From NCBI GenBank assembly GCA_965238275.1, contig OZ250186.1:832001-896000 (forward strand): a stretch of DNA of 64,000 nt, in the 5' to 3' direction. The stretch comes from Nitrosopumilus sp. GTDB taxonomy: Archaea; Thermoproteota; Nitrososphaeria; Nitrososphaerales; Nitrosopumilaceae. The notes below the pieces were generated by a model. The model did not search any database. It saw only the letters and a program-made list of their open reading frames with translations, and was not told the DNA's origin. Position 1 is the first letter of the stretch, and each line of letters opens with the position of its first letter. The position numbers were made by a program, and so were the translations under genes. Shown piece after piece: positions 9,086-17,157 of this stretch.

Positions 9086-10777
9086 ATGAAGTATCCTGAC
9101 TTGTTGCCTGCGGACCTTGCACGCGTGGGAACCGCAGAATCAAGAAAGCTCAACCTCATAGTGGGCCGGCTGGTAACTGATGCCGTAAAGACGTCTTTGG
9201 GGCCCAGGGGGATGGAGAAGATCTTCACTGACATCATCGGCGAGGACACCATAACCAAGCACGGCGGCGCGTTTCTGCGAAAAGTCGACGTCGAGCATCC
9301 CGTGGCCAAGGCGATAGTGGAAGGCGTCAACACGGTGGATACGCACGTGGGGGACGGAACAGTCTCTGCTGCAATCCTGATAGGCTCCCTGCTCAAAAAG
9401 GCCGACGGGATGCTCGGGATGGGACTGCAGCCTGCCACAATCATCAGGGGGTATGAGCGGGGGCTGGATCTCGCACTGGAGACGCTTGACGAGGTAAAGA
9501 TGGCCCGGGATGCCTCGGACAGACATGTCCTGGAGCAGCTTGCAGCCTCGTGTCTTGACGGAAAGGCCATAACCAGCCTGGTCTCTGATGCACAGAGACT
9601 CCGGCAGATGATAGTTGATGCATGTTGCCATGTGGCCGATCTTCAGAACGGCTCCATTGATGTTGATGACATCAAGATAGAAGAAAAGCTTGGAAACGCA
9701 AACGACATACAGCTGGTCCGGGGAACCGTGATTGACAAGACCATTGACAATGCGGCAATGCCACGGTGCGTTACTGATGCCAGGATACTGCTCCTCAACG
9801 AGCCGCTTGAGACGATGCGCACCAAGACTGACGATGCCATTGAGATAGACTCCCCGGAGCAGATGTCGCGCTTTCTTGAACAGGAGGTCATCGACGTGCG
9901 CAATATGGTACAGAAGATTATTGGTTGCGGGGCCGGCGTGGTCGTGTCCCGAAAGGGGATAAACGACATTGCACAGGAGTGCCTTGCACAGGCCGGAATA
10001 ATCTCGATAAGAAGGGCCAAGTATAATGATCTCTGGTGGCTTGAAAAGGCCACGGGAGCCTCCGTCTGCAAGAGTCTTGATGCAGTGTCCTCCTCGGAAC
10101 TGGGATATGCGCAGAAGGTGCATGAGAGGGTGGTCGGCGACGAGAGGATGGTATTTGTCGAGGGCTGCAGGAACCCGCGCTCGGTGACCATCCTGCTGCG
10201 TTCAAACTCCAAGAGGTATCTTGACGAGTTCCACCGCAGCGCCCTTAACGCGCTGTTCGTACTGAGGGACTTTATCCAGACCCCGTACGTGGTGCCCGGA
10301 TGCGGCTCCATCGAGGCGGTGCTGGCAGACAGGATCAAGGAGCGATCAGTCGGCATAGGGGACAGGAGCCAGATTGCAGTTGCAATGTTTGCAGACGCCC
10401 TGGAGGAGATCCCGCTGACCCTGGCAAGAAACGTCGGCATGGATCCGCTTGACACCCTGGCTGCCCTCAGATCCCACTATGGGGATTCCCACGGCAGATC
10501 CAGATGGTACGGCATAGACTCGGAGAGGAGGTCAGTCTCTGAGATGCCTGGCACGGGGGTGATAGAGCCCCTTGTGGTCAAACAGCAGGTGCTAAAGACT
10601 GCAGCAGAGGTGTCTGCGATGATCCTCAACGTTGATGACATATTCATGAAGGACGAGATTGACAACACGCACTGCCACATAGACGGAACGGTCCATGCGC
10701 ACCATGACGGCGGGAAGGCGCACAACCACTTTGAGCAGGAGGGGTTGGAGCAGAGGCAGATGCACCACTACTACTAG
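9086..10777 (+). CDS. divergent group II chaperonin (thermosome/TCP-1 family) with His-rich C-terminal tail
   Basis: KTSLGPRGMEK, VGDGT, IEPLVVKQQVLKTAAE, ILNVDD; tail THCHIDGTVHAHHDGGKAHNHFEQEGLEQRQMHHYY. Confidence 0.88.
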   Translation: MKYPDLLPADLARVGTAESRKLNLIVGRLVTDAVKTSLGPRGMEKIFTDIIGEDTITKHGGAFLRKVDVEHPVAKAIVEGVNTVDTHVGDGTVSAAILIGSLLKKADGMLGMGLQPATIIRGYERGLDLALETLDEVKMARDASDRHVLEQLAASCLDGKAITSLVSDAQRLRQMIVDACCHVADLQNGSIDVDDIKIEEKLGNANDIQLVRGTVIDKTIDNAAMPRCVTDARILLLNEPLETMRTKTDDAIEIDSPEQMSRFLEQEVIDVRNMVQKIIGCGAGVVVSRKGINDIAQECLAQAGIISIRRAKYNDLWWLEKATGASVCKSLDAVSSSELGYAQKVHERVVGDERMVFVEGCRNPRSVTILLRSNSKRYLDEFHRSALNALFVLRDFIQTPYVVPGCGSIEAVLADRIKERSVGIGDRSQIAVAMFADALEEIPLTLARNVGMDPLDTLAALRSHYGDSHGRSRWYGIDSERRSVSEMPGTGVIEPLVVKQQVLKTAAEVSAMILNVDDIFMKDEIDNTHCHIDGTVHAHHDGGKAHNHFEQEGLEQRQMHHYY

Positions 10778-10808
10778 TACCGTTACATGTCCGCCGCATC
10801 ATGCCATG

Positions 10809-11558
10809 CTAGAGGATGCTGCCTGGAGTAAGTACGCCGTAGATTATGTGCGCCCCTATCGCAAGGCTGAACGCACCTGCCAGATACCTGGCAATCCTCT
10901 GTACGGATCCCGCCCTTGAGGTAAGGGCAAGCGGCAGGCCGATCAGGTTGCTTATCAGGGTCATGCCGATTATGGAGCCGAGTCCGAATATGAGGATGAA
11001 GCTGATCACCATTCCTGCGCTGTCCAGCGTGACTGCAGTCAGGACGACCAGGCTGCCGCTGCCTGCAAGCCCGTGGATCAGCCCTATGATGTACGACTTG
11101 TGGCTGTGCCTGTGATCCGTGTGACTGTGCTCATGAACATGGAATGTTCCGTCATCGTGCCTGTGGGGGTGCCTGTGCCTGAGGCTGAAGAGCCTCCTCC
11201 TGTCCAGTATCGTGACTGCCCCCAGTACGACAAGCATGACCCCCACTGCCGCCTCAAGGCCGGTAAAGACGTTATCCTGAATCTGTATTGCAAGGACGTA
11301 CACCAGCAGCCCCATTATGATCAAAGTCGTCGTGTGTCCTGCGCCCCACAGTATCCCGATTACTGATGACCTGGCTATCCCTTTCCGGATGACATCCCTG
11401 ATCCGCCCACCACCACCACCACCACCTGTTCTGGCCCCGGACACCCTGGTGGCCACTGCTGCGACATGGTCGGATTCGAACGCGTGCTCCAGTCCTATGG
11501 CAAGCCCCAACCCCAGTGCAAGCAGGGGACTGAAATCAAACAGGTTCTCCAGGGTCAT
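10809..11558 (-). CDS. nickel/cobalt transporter-like membrane protein (NiCoT/UreH-like)
   Basis: HAFESDH (HX4DH) motif, WGAGHT, His-rich loop HRHPHRHDDGTFHVHEHSHTDHRHSH, IHGLAGSG. Confidence 0.85.
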   Translation of the reverse strand: MTLENLFDFSPLLALGLGLAIGLEHAFESDHVAAVATRVSGARTGGGGGGGRIRDVIRKGIARSSVIGILWGAGHTTTLIIMGLLVYVLAIQIQDNVFTGLEAAVGVMLVVLGAVTILDRRRLFSLRHRHPHRHDDGTFHVHEHSHTDHRHSHKSYIIGLIHGLAGSGSLVVLTAVTLDSAGMVISFILIFGLGSIIGMTLISNLIGLPLALTSRAGSVQRIARYLAGAFSLAIGAHIIYGVLTPGSIL

Positions 11559-11661
11559 GGCACACCAGAACCTGCCTGCCTTGTGTAAATATTACCCATG
11601 CCGGTAATTCCCGTGCATGTGCACGCCGGTACTACTGCCCTGGCTCGAAAACCCGGACACA

Positions 11662-12033
11662 CTATGATCCCCTCAGGACATACCTGCTGATTCTTATCGG
11701 GGAGTCAAGGACCAGCACCGTCTCTGAACTACCAGATGCCATGCGGAATACAAGCCTTCTCATGCTCTCCGGAACGCCGATCATGACATTGTCAGGTGAG
11801 ATGAGATCGCATACCTGCTCCCCTATGTCATCTGCACTCGCTCCTGCTGCGATCTGCCTCATGACGTATGCTGCCATTGCCATGACTGCCTCGTTTATGT
11901 TGATGCGTATGCCTCCCTGAATCTTCCTGTTGATGGCCTTTGCCGACTCTATCACCACATCCCGGTCGTACCCTGAAAAGATGATCATTGGCTGCGTGTC
12001 CGGATCGCCTTGAACCTCTGCGCTGAACCTCAT
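11662..12033 (-). CDS. urease gamma subunit-like protein (orphan)
   Basis: GIRININEAV, VMIGVPES and LDSPI align by eye with UreA GLKLNYPEA, VMEGVPEM and VHNPI; ATGA overlap with the upstream gene. Confidence 0.7.
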   Translation of the reverse strand: MRFSAEVQGDPDTQPMIIFSGYDRDVVIESAKAINRKIQGGIRININEAVMAMAAYVMRQIAAGASADDIGEQVCDLISPDNVMIGVPESMRRLVFRMASGSSETVLVLDSPIRISRYVLRGS

Positions 12034-13148
12034 TGCCTGTCCGGAATCTTTGCACGCGGGCCGTCACTGAAGTGGTATGTGTTGCCCGTTCCCCTGTAGT
12101 CGTTGGGCCTTACAGGACTTCCTTCCTTCAGCCCCCTCTTTGTCAGGGAGAGGCCTGCAAGCAGCTCGACTATGAGCCTCTGGCCAAGTCCGGATGTTAT
12201 TCCTCCGTTGTACGAACTGTTGTCGCTGACATCATACGCAGGTGCGACTTCCACCAGATCCATGGCAAACCTGTCCGGATCAAATGATTTTGAGAGGAGC
12301 CTTACCATCCTCATTCCTTCCCTGGATGTCAGGCCGTTGGGTTCAGGCTCGCCGGTACCCGGGGCGTATGCCGGATCAAACGAGTCAATGTCCCAGCTAA
12401 GATACACTGCGTCGGTTCCGTCATTGGCCCTGTCTGCAATCTCCTTTGCAATCATGTCGATTCCAAGCTCCTCTACGTCCAGCATGGTAAACCACTGAAA
12501 GTCCTGGTCAGACATCCACTTGTACAGGTCCGGTCCCGGCCAGTATCCGCGGGGACCTACCAGGGTGTAGTTCTTTCCCTTCATGCAGCCCATCTCCATT
12601 ATCCGCCGGATGTGCGCGCCATGATCGTACTTGTAGCCTGTGAGCCCCTGCGGTGCGCAGTCTGCGTGGGTATCAAAATGAATCATGCCAATGTTTTTGT
12701 ATTTTTTTGCAAACGCCCTGACATTGGCATATGTAATCGAGTGATCTCCTCCAAGCATTACCGGTATGCCCTCCTCGTCGAGCACCTCCTTGACCTTTTT
12801 TGTCATGCGCTTGTGCGACTCTATGACATCTCCGGGGGAGACATGGACGTCCCCGTAATCCACTGTCCTGAACGTTCCAAACGGATCCGCGCCTGTCTCG
12901 ATGTTGAACCTCTCGTACGGGGGGGACGGAATCGTTGATGCGGCGCGAAGTGCCCTCGGGCCGTACCTTGCCCCGGGACGGATCGTGGTCCCAAAATCAA
13001 ACGGTTCGCCAATAACGGCAACGTCAGGCTTTGCCTGCTTTAGCTCCTCGTGCGTTCTTATCCATGGCAGGTGCAAAAACGTATTGATGCCGACAAACGG
13101 CGCAACATCGGCACCCCTGTAATCATCACCATAAAACTCCATGCCCAT
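12030..13148 (-). CDS. ureohydrolase (agmatinase/guanidinobutyrase family)
   Basis: RPGARYGP, GGDHS, DTHAD, DIDSFDPAYAPGTG, DLVEVAP: all binuclear metal ligands present. Confidence 0.93.
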   Translation of the reverse strand: MGMEFYGDDYRGADVAPFVGINTFLHLPWIRTHEELKQAKPDVAVIGEPFDFGTTIRPGARYGPRALRAASTIPSPPYERFNIETGADPFGTFRTVDYGDVHVSPGDVIESHKRMTKKVKEVLDEEGIPVMLGGDHSITYANVRAFAKKYKNIGMIHFDTHADCAPQGLTGYKYDHGAHIRRIMEMGCMKGKNYTLVGPRGYWPGPDLYKWMSDQDFQWFTMLDVEELGIDMIAKEIADRANDGTDAVYLSWDIDSFDPAYAPGTGEPEPNGLTSREGMRMVRLLSKSFDPDRFAMDLVEVAPAYDVSDNSSYNGGITSGLGQRLIVELLAGLSLTKRGLKEGSPVRPNDYRGTGNTYHFSDGPRAKIPDRQ

Positions 13149-13297
13149 AACACCCAATCGGTAAATTTGATAATTAAGGATTCTAGGTAAACTACGTATG
13201 CTGTATCATTGCTGATTCATGCGGCGTGGTGGGAGGAATTCCGGAATATGTAATGTACGATTTAACTATAAAAATAATATCTGCCAAAATAACATTG

Positions 13298-14533
13298 ATG
13301 ATAGGTGCCTCCAAGAGTTCGACTGACTACATGAACGAGGGCCTGACTGCCGTATACTATAACGAGTTCAAAAAGGCCGTATCAAAGTTTGACCGGGCAG
13401 TCTCAATTGATCCGGAAAATATCGTGGCGCAGCTTCACAAGGGCATTACGCTTGGCAGGATTGGCCGTCACAAGGATGCCGTGGCATGCTTTGATGCAGT
13501 GCTTGATGCCGATCCCAAGAATCTTGATGCGCTGTACAACCGCGGCCTGTACCTGGGGAGAATGGGGAAGTACGAGGATGCCATACGCTGTCTTGCCGAA
13601 TCCCTCCAAGTCGATCCAGGATTCCTGGACTCCCTGACTGAGACCGGGGCGTGCCTTGGCAGGATGGGAAGAAACACGGAGGCCCTGGAGATGATTGAGC
13701 GTGCGCTGTATATCGATCCGAAATACTCTGCTGCATTATACAACAAGAGCCTGATTCTGGGACGGCTGGGCAGGAAGGCTGAGGCAATGTCACTCCTGCA
13801 GGACGCGATCGAGGAGGATTCCAGACAGTCTGATGCAGTCTATCGGGAGGGACAGAAGCTTACCCGGGAGGGAAAGCACGAGGAGGCGATAAGACTGTAC
13901 ACCCGCGCCCTGGAGATTGACGACAAGAATACCAGGGCACTGGTCGCAAAGGGATGGACTCTTGACTTTGCAGGGTTCTCAAACAAGGACGTATTCGTAT
14001 TCTATGACAAGGCGCTGGAGGCAGACCCGCATTGCACCGATGCCTGGCTGTACAAGGGACTGGTGCTGGACAGGACGGGCATGTATAAGAGGGCAGTCGA
14101 GTGCTTTGATCGCATCTTGGAGTATGATCCGCAAAACATCCGGGCGCTTTACAGCAAGGGCATATCGCTCTTCTCGCTCAAACGCTTTGGGGCTGCGCGG
14201 TTCTACTGCGAGTGCGCCCTGGACGTGGATCCCAAGAACATCCGGGCCGTATGCAGCATGGTGTGGCTTTTGGAGCATGCAAAAAAATACAACGAGGCGC
14301 TGGCCTACTGCGAGCAGGCGCTGAAGATCAATCCGGACTATGTCTATGCCGTAAGCTACAAGGGAAAGTTGCTCATGCTGCTCAAGCGGTACGCCGAGTC
14401 CCTGGAGTGGTACGACAAGACACTGGCCCTTGCGCCTGACAACCAGACTGCAATATACCACAGGAACATGGTTGTTGATGCAATCGAGAAGGCCAAGAGG
14501 GATTCTGCACCCAGAAGGTTCCCAAGACTATAA
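13298..14533 (+). CDS. TPR repeat protein
   Basis: About 11 34-aa repeats of type A...KG..L...GR..EA...FD.AL..DP.N. Confidence 0.9.
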   Translation: MIGASKSSTDYMNEGLTAVYYNEFKKAVSKFDRAVSIDPENIVAQLHKGITLGRIGRHKDAVACFDAVLDADPKNLDALYNRGLYLGRMGKYEDAIRCLAESLQVDPGFLDSLTETGACLGRMGRNTEALEMIERALYIDPKYSAALYNKSLILGRLGRKAEAMSLLQDAIEEDSRQSDAVYREGQKLTREGKHEEAIRLYTRALEIDDKNTRALVAKGWTLDFAGFSNKDVFVFYDKALEADPHCTDAWLYKGLVLDRTGMYKRAVECFDRILEYDPQNIRALYSKGISLFSLKRFGAARFYCECALDVDPKNIRAVCSMVWLLEHAKKYNEALAYCEQALKINPDYVYAVSYKGKLLMLLKRYAESLEWYDKTLALAPDNQTAIYHRNMVVDAIEKAKRDSAPRRFPRL

Positions 14534-14616
14534 ACTTCTGCACGGTGCGGATACATGACTCGCCCGGATAACGCCAATGAGACTTTAAATTATAATTCTT
14601 GCAGCTGACTTCGAAA

Positions 14617-14770
14617 TTGGATGTCTTTGATGCTATCGCATTAGCCATTCATGCAAACAATGATCAAGTTACCGGCAAGACAACAACGATGCAGAAGTTG
14701 ATTTATTTTCGTACCAGAATGATTAAAGATTTGGAGACTTAATTATGCCAACCGTTTCTATGGCATTTTA
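14617..14770 (+). pseudogene. degraded Panacea/SocA (DUF4065/YwgA)-like antitoxin fragment
   Basis: Translation from TTG 14617 ...VTGKTTTMQKLIYF... stops at 14740; YANRFYG-like text follows; AT-rich. Confidence 0.35.
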
Positions 14771-15194
14771 TATTTTGGATGACTAAAGATCCGCGCAGGG
14801 TCCAATATTTCCCAGATGGCATCAAGGAGACTGCCCGGTGTTGGTTGAAAGGCCTCTTCTGATGGCGCACCAAAGATTTACACTGGTTGAGAGCCCCAAC
14901 CTTGCCACCTTCCAGCATGCGTCTCGGATTCAAGACCATAAGGGCTTTCCCCTTTGTGGTTTTATTGGCATTTCTGCATTGGAAACCAAAACAACCGATA
15001 CTGAAATTTTAAGGGCTTTAATCCATCAATCTTTCCAATTCCTGATACTCTCACATAACCCAAAATGATCACCGCGTACATCCAAACCCGGGATATTCCT
15101 GCCCGATACACACGCCGCGTGCCGGCCCAATCCGTCACGCCGGACCGGATCCGTCTCCGCTAATCTTTTAAACTGTATTCTGACCAGTTGAATC

Positions 15195-15665
15195 ATGATC
15201 TCCAAGAGAACCGTCATCGGAATGATAGTCGGATGCATAATAATCGGAATCGGGGCAGCCTCCCTTGTCGTGCACATAGGAACCATCACAGTCAACGAAT
15301 CCTACGGGCTGGTAGTGGGGGATTCGACGCTCTACACGATTCCGGCTCCTGCAGGCACCGCGCAGACCATGCAGATTACCGGAGAGTCCTTTGATCTCAA
15401 ACTGGAGATTCCAGGAGACGACCAGCAGCCCGTCTCCCGCACCTCCTACAAGGACGGGGTGGATTTGAACTGGACCCACATATCTGATGGCCCAAGCATA
15501 CTCCAGATTCAAAACACGGGGGGGACGGATCTTGAGATTAGAGGCATATTGGTTAGAAGTTCGGATCCAATCTGGTTTACATACGATCTCATGGTGATGA
15601 TATCAGGCGTGGTCATAATCGGATTCAGCATGGGCTTTACCATGCGCAAGCCCAAGGGATTCTAG
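15195..15665 (+). CDS. membrane protein with N- and C-terminal TM helices
   Basis: Hydrophobic termini around a soluble beta-rich core. Confidence 0.75.
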   Translation: MISKRTVIGMIVGCIIIGIGAASLVVHIGTITVNESYGLVVGDSTLYTIPAPAGTAQTMQITGESFDLKLEIPGDDQQPVSRTSYKDGVDLNWTHISDGPSILQIQNTGGTDLEIRGILVRSSDPIWFTYDLMVMISGVVIIGFSMGFTMRKPKGF

Positions 15666-16477
15666 CCTGCGTGTGCAGACGGATACGAACCCAGCACCTT
15701 CATGAACAGCGTCTGCGATTTTATCTTCTCAAGCATACCGGCAATGTGCGGATCCGATGCATGTCCGTCAAAGTCAACGTAAAAGTTGTACTCCCAGGTG
15801 CTTGTCTTGGTGGGTCTTGACTCTATCTTTGTCAGGTTGATGTTGTTGTCGTGAAACTTTTCAATTATCCGAAACAGCGAGCCTGGCTCGTGCTTTATGG
15901 AAAATATCAGCGAGGTCTTGTCCTTGCCCGTGGCCTGTCGCCTCCCCTTTGAGAGTAACAGAAACCTTGTGTAGTTGTTGGGGTTGTCTGCAATGCTGAC
16001 TGCCACCACCGGCACGCCGTATATCTCCGATGCCCTTCTGCTGGCAATACAGGCACAATCGCTCCTGCCCATCTCCTTGATTATTTTTACGCTTCCTGCC
16101 GTATCGTATGATGAGATGGGCTTGATGCGGTTCTTCTCGATAAACCCCTTGCACTGTCCGAGTGCCTGCGGATGGGAGTATACGGCGTCTATCTCCCCAA
16201 GACTGCCTGTGCCGATCAGGCAGTGCTCTATCTTGTGGTAGATCTCCCCGGTCGCATTCAGTGGCGTGGAGTACAGCAGATCGTAGCTTCTGCCGACGCT
16301 TCCCTCTATGGAGTTCTCTATGGGAAGAACCGTATATTCTGTCCTTCCCTCTGCCGTACTCGCGAGGGCCCTGTCAAACGTCTCACACGGCACTGCCGTG
16401 ATCTCCGGACCAAGGAACTGCACGGCTGCATCCTCGCTGTACGCGCCACGCTCTCCCGGGAATGATACATCCGTCAT
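15662..16477 (-). CDS. pheA: prephenate dehydratase
   Basis: GERGAYSE, PIENSIEGSV, YSHPQALGQC, NYTRF, NLTKIESRP ACT domain. Confidence 0.95.
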   Translation of the reverse strand: MTDVSFPGERGAYSEDAAVQFLGPEITAVPCETFDRALASTAEGRTEYTVLPIENSIEGSVGRSYDLLYSTPLNATGEIYHKIEHCLIGTGSLGEIDAVYSHPQALGQCKGFIEKNRIKPISSYDTAGSVKIIKEMGRSDCACIASRRASEIYGVPVVAVSIADNPNNYTRFLLLSKGRRQATGKDKTSLIFSIKHEPGSLFRIIEKFHDNNINLTKIESRPTKTSTWEYNFYVDFDGHASDPHIAGMLEKIKSQTLFMKVLGSYPSAHAG

Positions 16478-17031
16478 CTGTTTTCTCTTAGGTTTACAAA
16501 CTCGCCGCTGCCAAAGTTTGAGGATAGCTTTCTCTCGTCGATCCACGAGCACTCCCTGCACTTTATGGCATCCCGCATGGGCATCACCTCGCACCCGCAC
16601 TTTCTGCACTTGGTAAACAGTACTCCAAGACGGGACTCGTCGATCGTGGCGTGAATGGTACCGTTGAGGTGGCTGAGAATCCTCAGCGCCACTATGTCGC
16701 CTACCAGTGCTATGTTTCTCCTTCTGATGTTTCTAGTTGAGCATACGCATTCCACCTTGGACGTGGTGGGCTTGCCGTTGATATAGTCTATGGAGATTGC
16801 AATCATTGATGACATCACTGCAGCCACAGTCCCCACGATGACATCGCCCTGATTGGGCACAGAGAGAAGCTTTGGATGGCTTATGCTGGCAACGCGTGCT
16901 ACCTTGTCGATGTGCTTTCTGCCCACCGTCGCTGCCCTGACCATGCTTCCGTCGTCAAACGTGTTCCTGCCTGCCTCGTACTCTTCGATGGATGATATGA
17001 CATCCCCTGGAAATATTACATTTTCAGACAT
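16474..17031 (-). CDS. csl4: exosome complex RNA-binding protein Csl4
   Basis: VIFPGD...EEYEAG N-terminus, S1 domain, C-terminal Zn ribbon CRKC...CREC...ERKLS. Confidence 0.9.
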   Translation of the reverse strand: MSENVIFPGDVISSIEEYEAGRNTFDDGSMVRAATVGRKHIDKVARVASISHPKLLSVPNQGDVIVGTVAAVMSSMIAISIDYINGKPTTSKVECVCSTRNIRRRNIALVGDIVALRILSHLNGTIHATIDESRLGVLFTKCRKCGCEVMPMRDAIKCRECSWIDERKLSSNFGSGEFVNLRENR

Positions 17032-17157
17032 GCATAGAGTCGATCTGCTGTGATTATAATTGTTTGTGGGAATCGTCTGTGACCTGTTAACAAAAACAAG
17101 CTTGTTGGTAAACACGGATTGTTGTTGTTTTTGCTATACTACATGTCTGCAACATAG

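Noticed and set aside
11405-11427. (GGT)n poly-Gly tract in the Ni transporter as a phase-variation switch
   Set aside because: A triplet unit keeps the frame; it lies in a loop and is probably neutral.
14960-15075. Serine resolvase-like start VIILGYVRVS on the minus strand
   Set aside because: No following T..Q motif and an early stop; probably chance.
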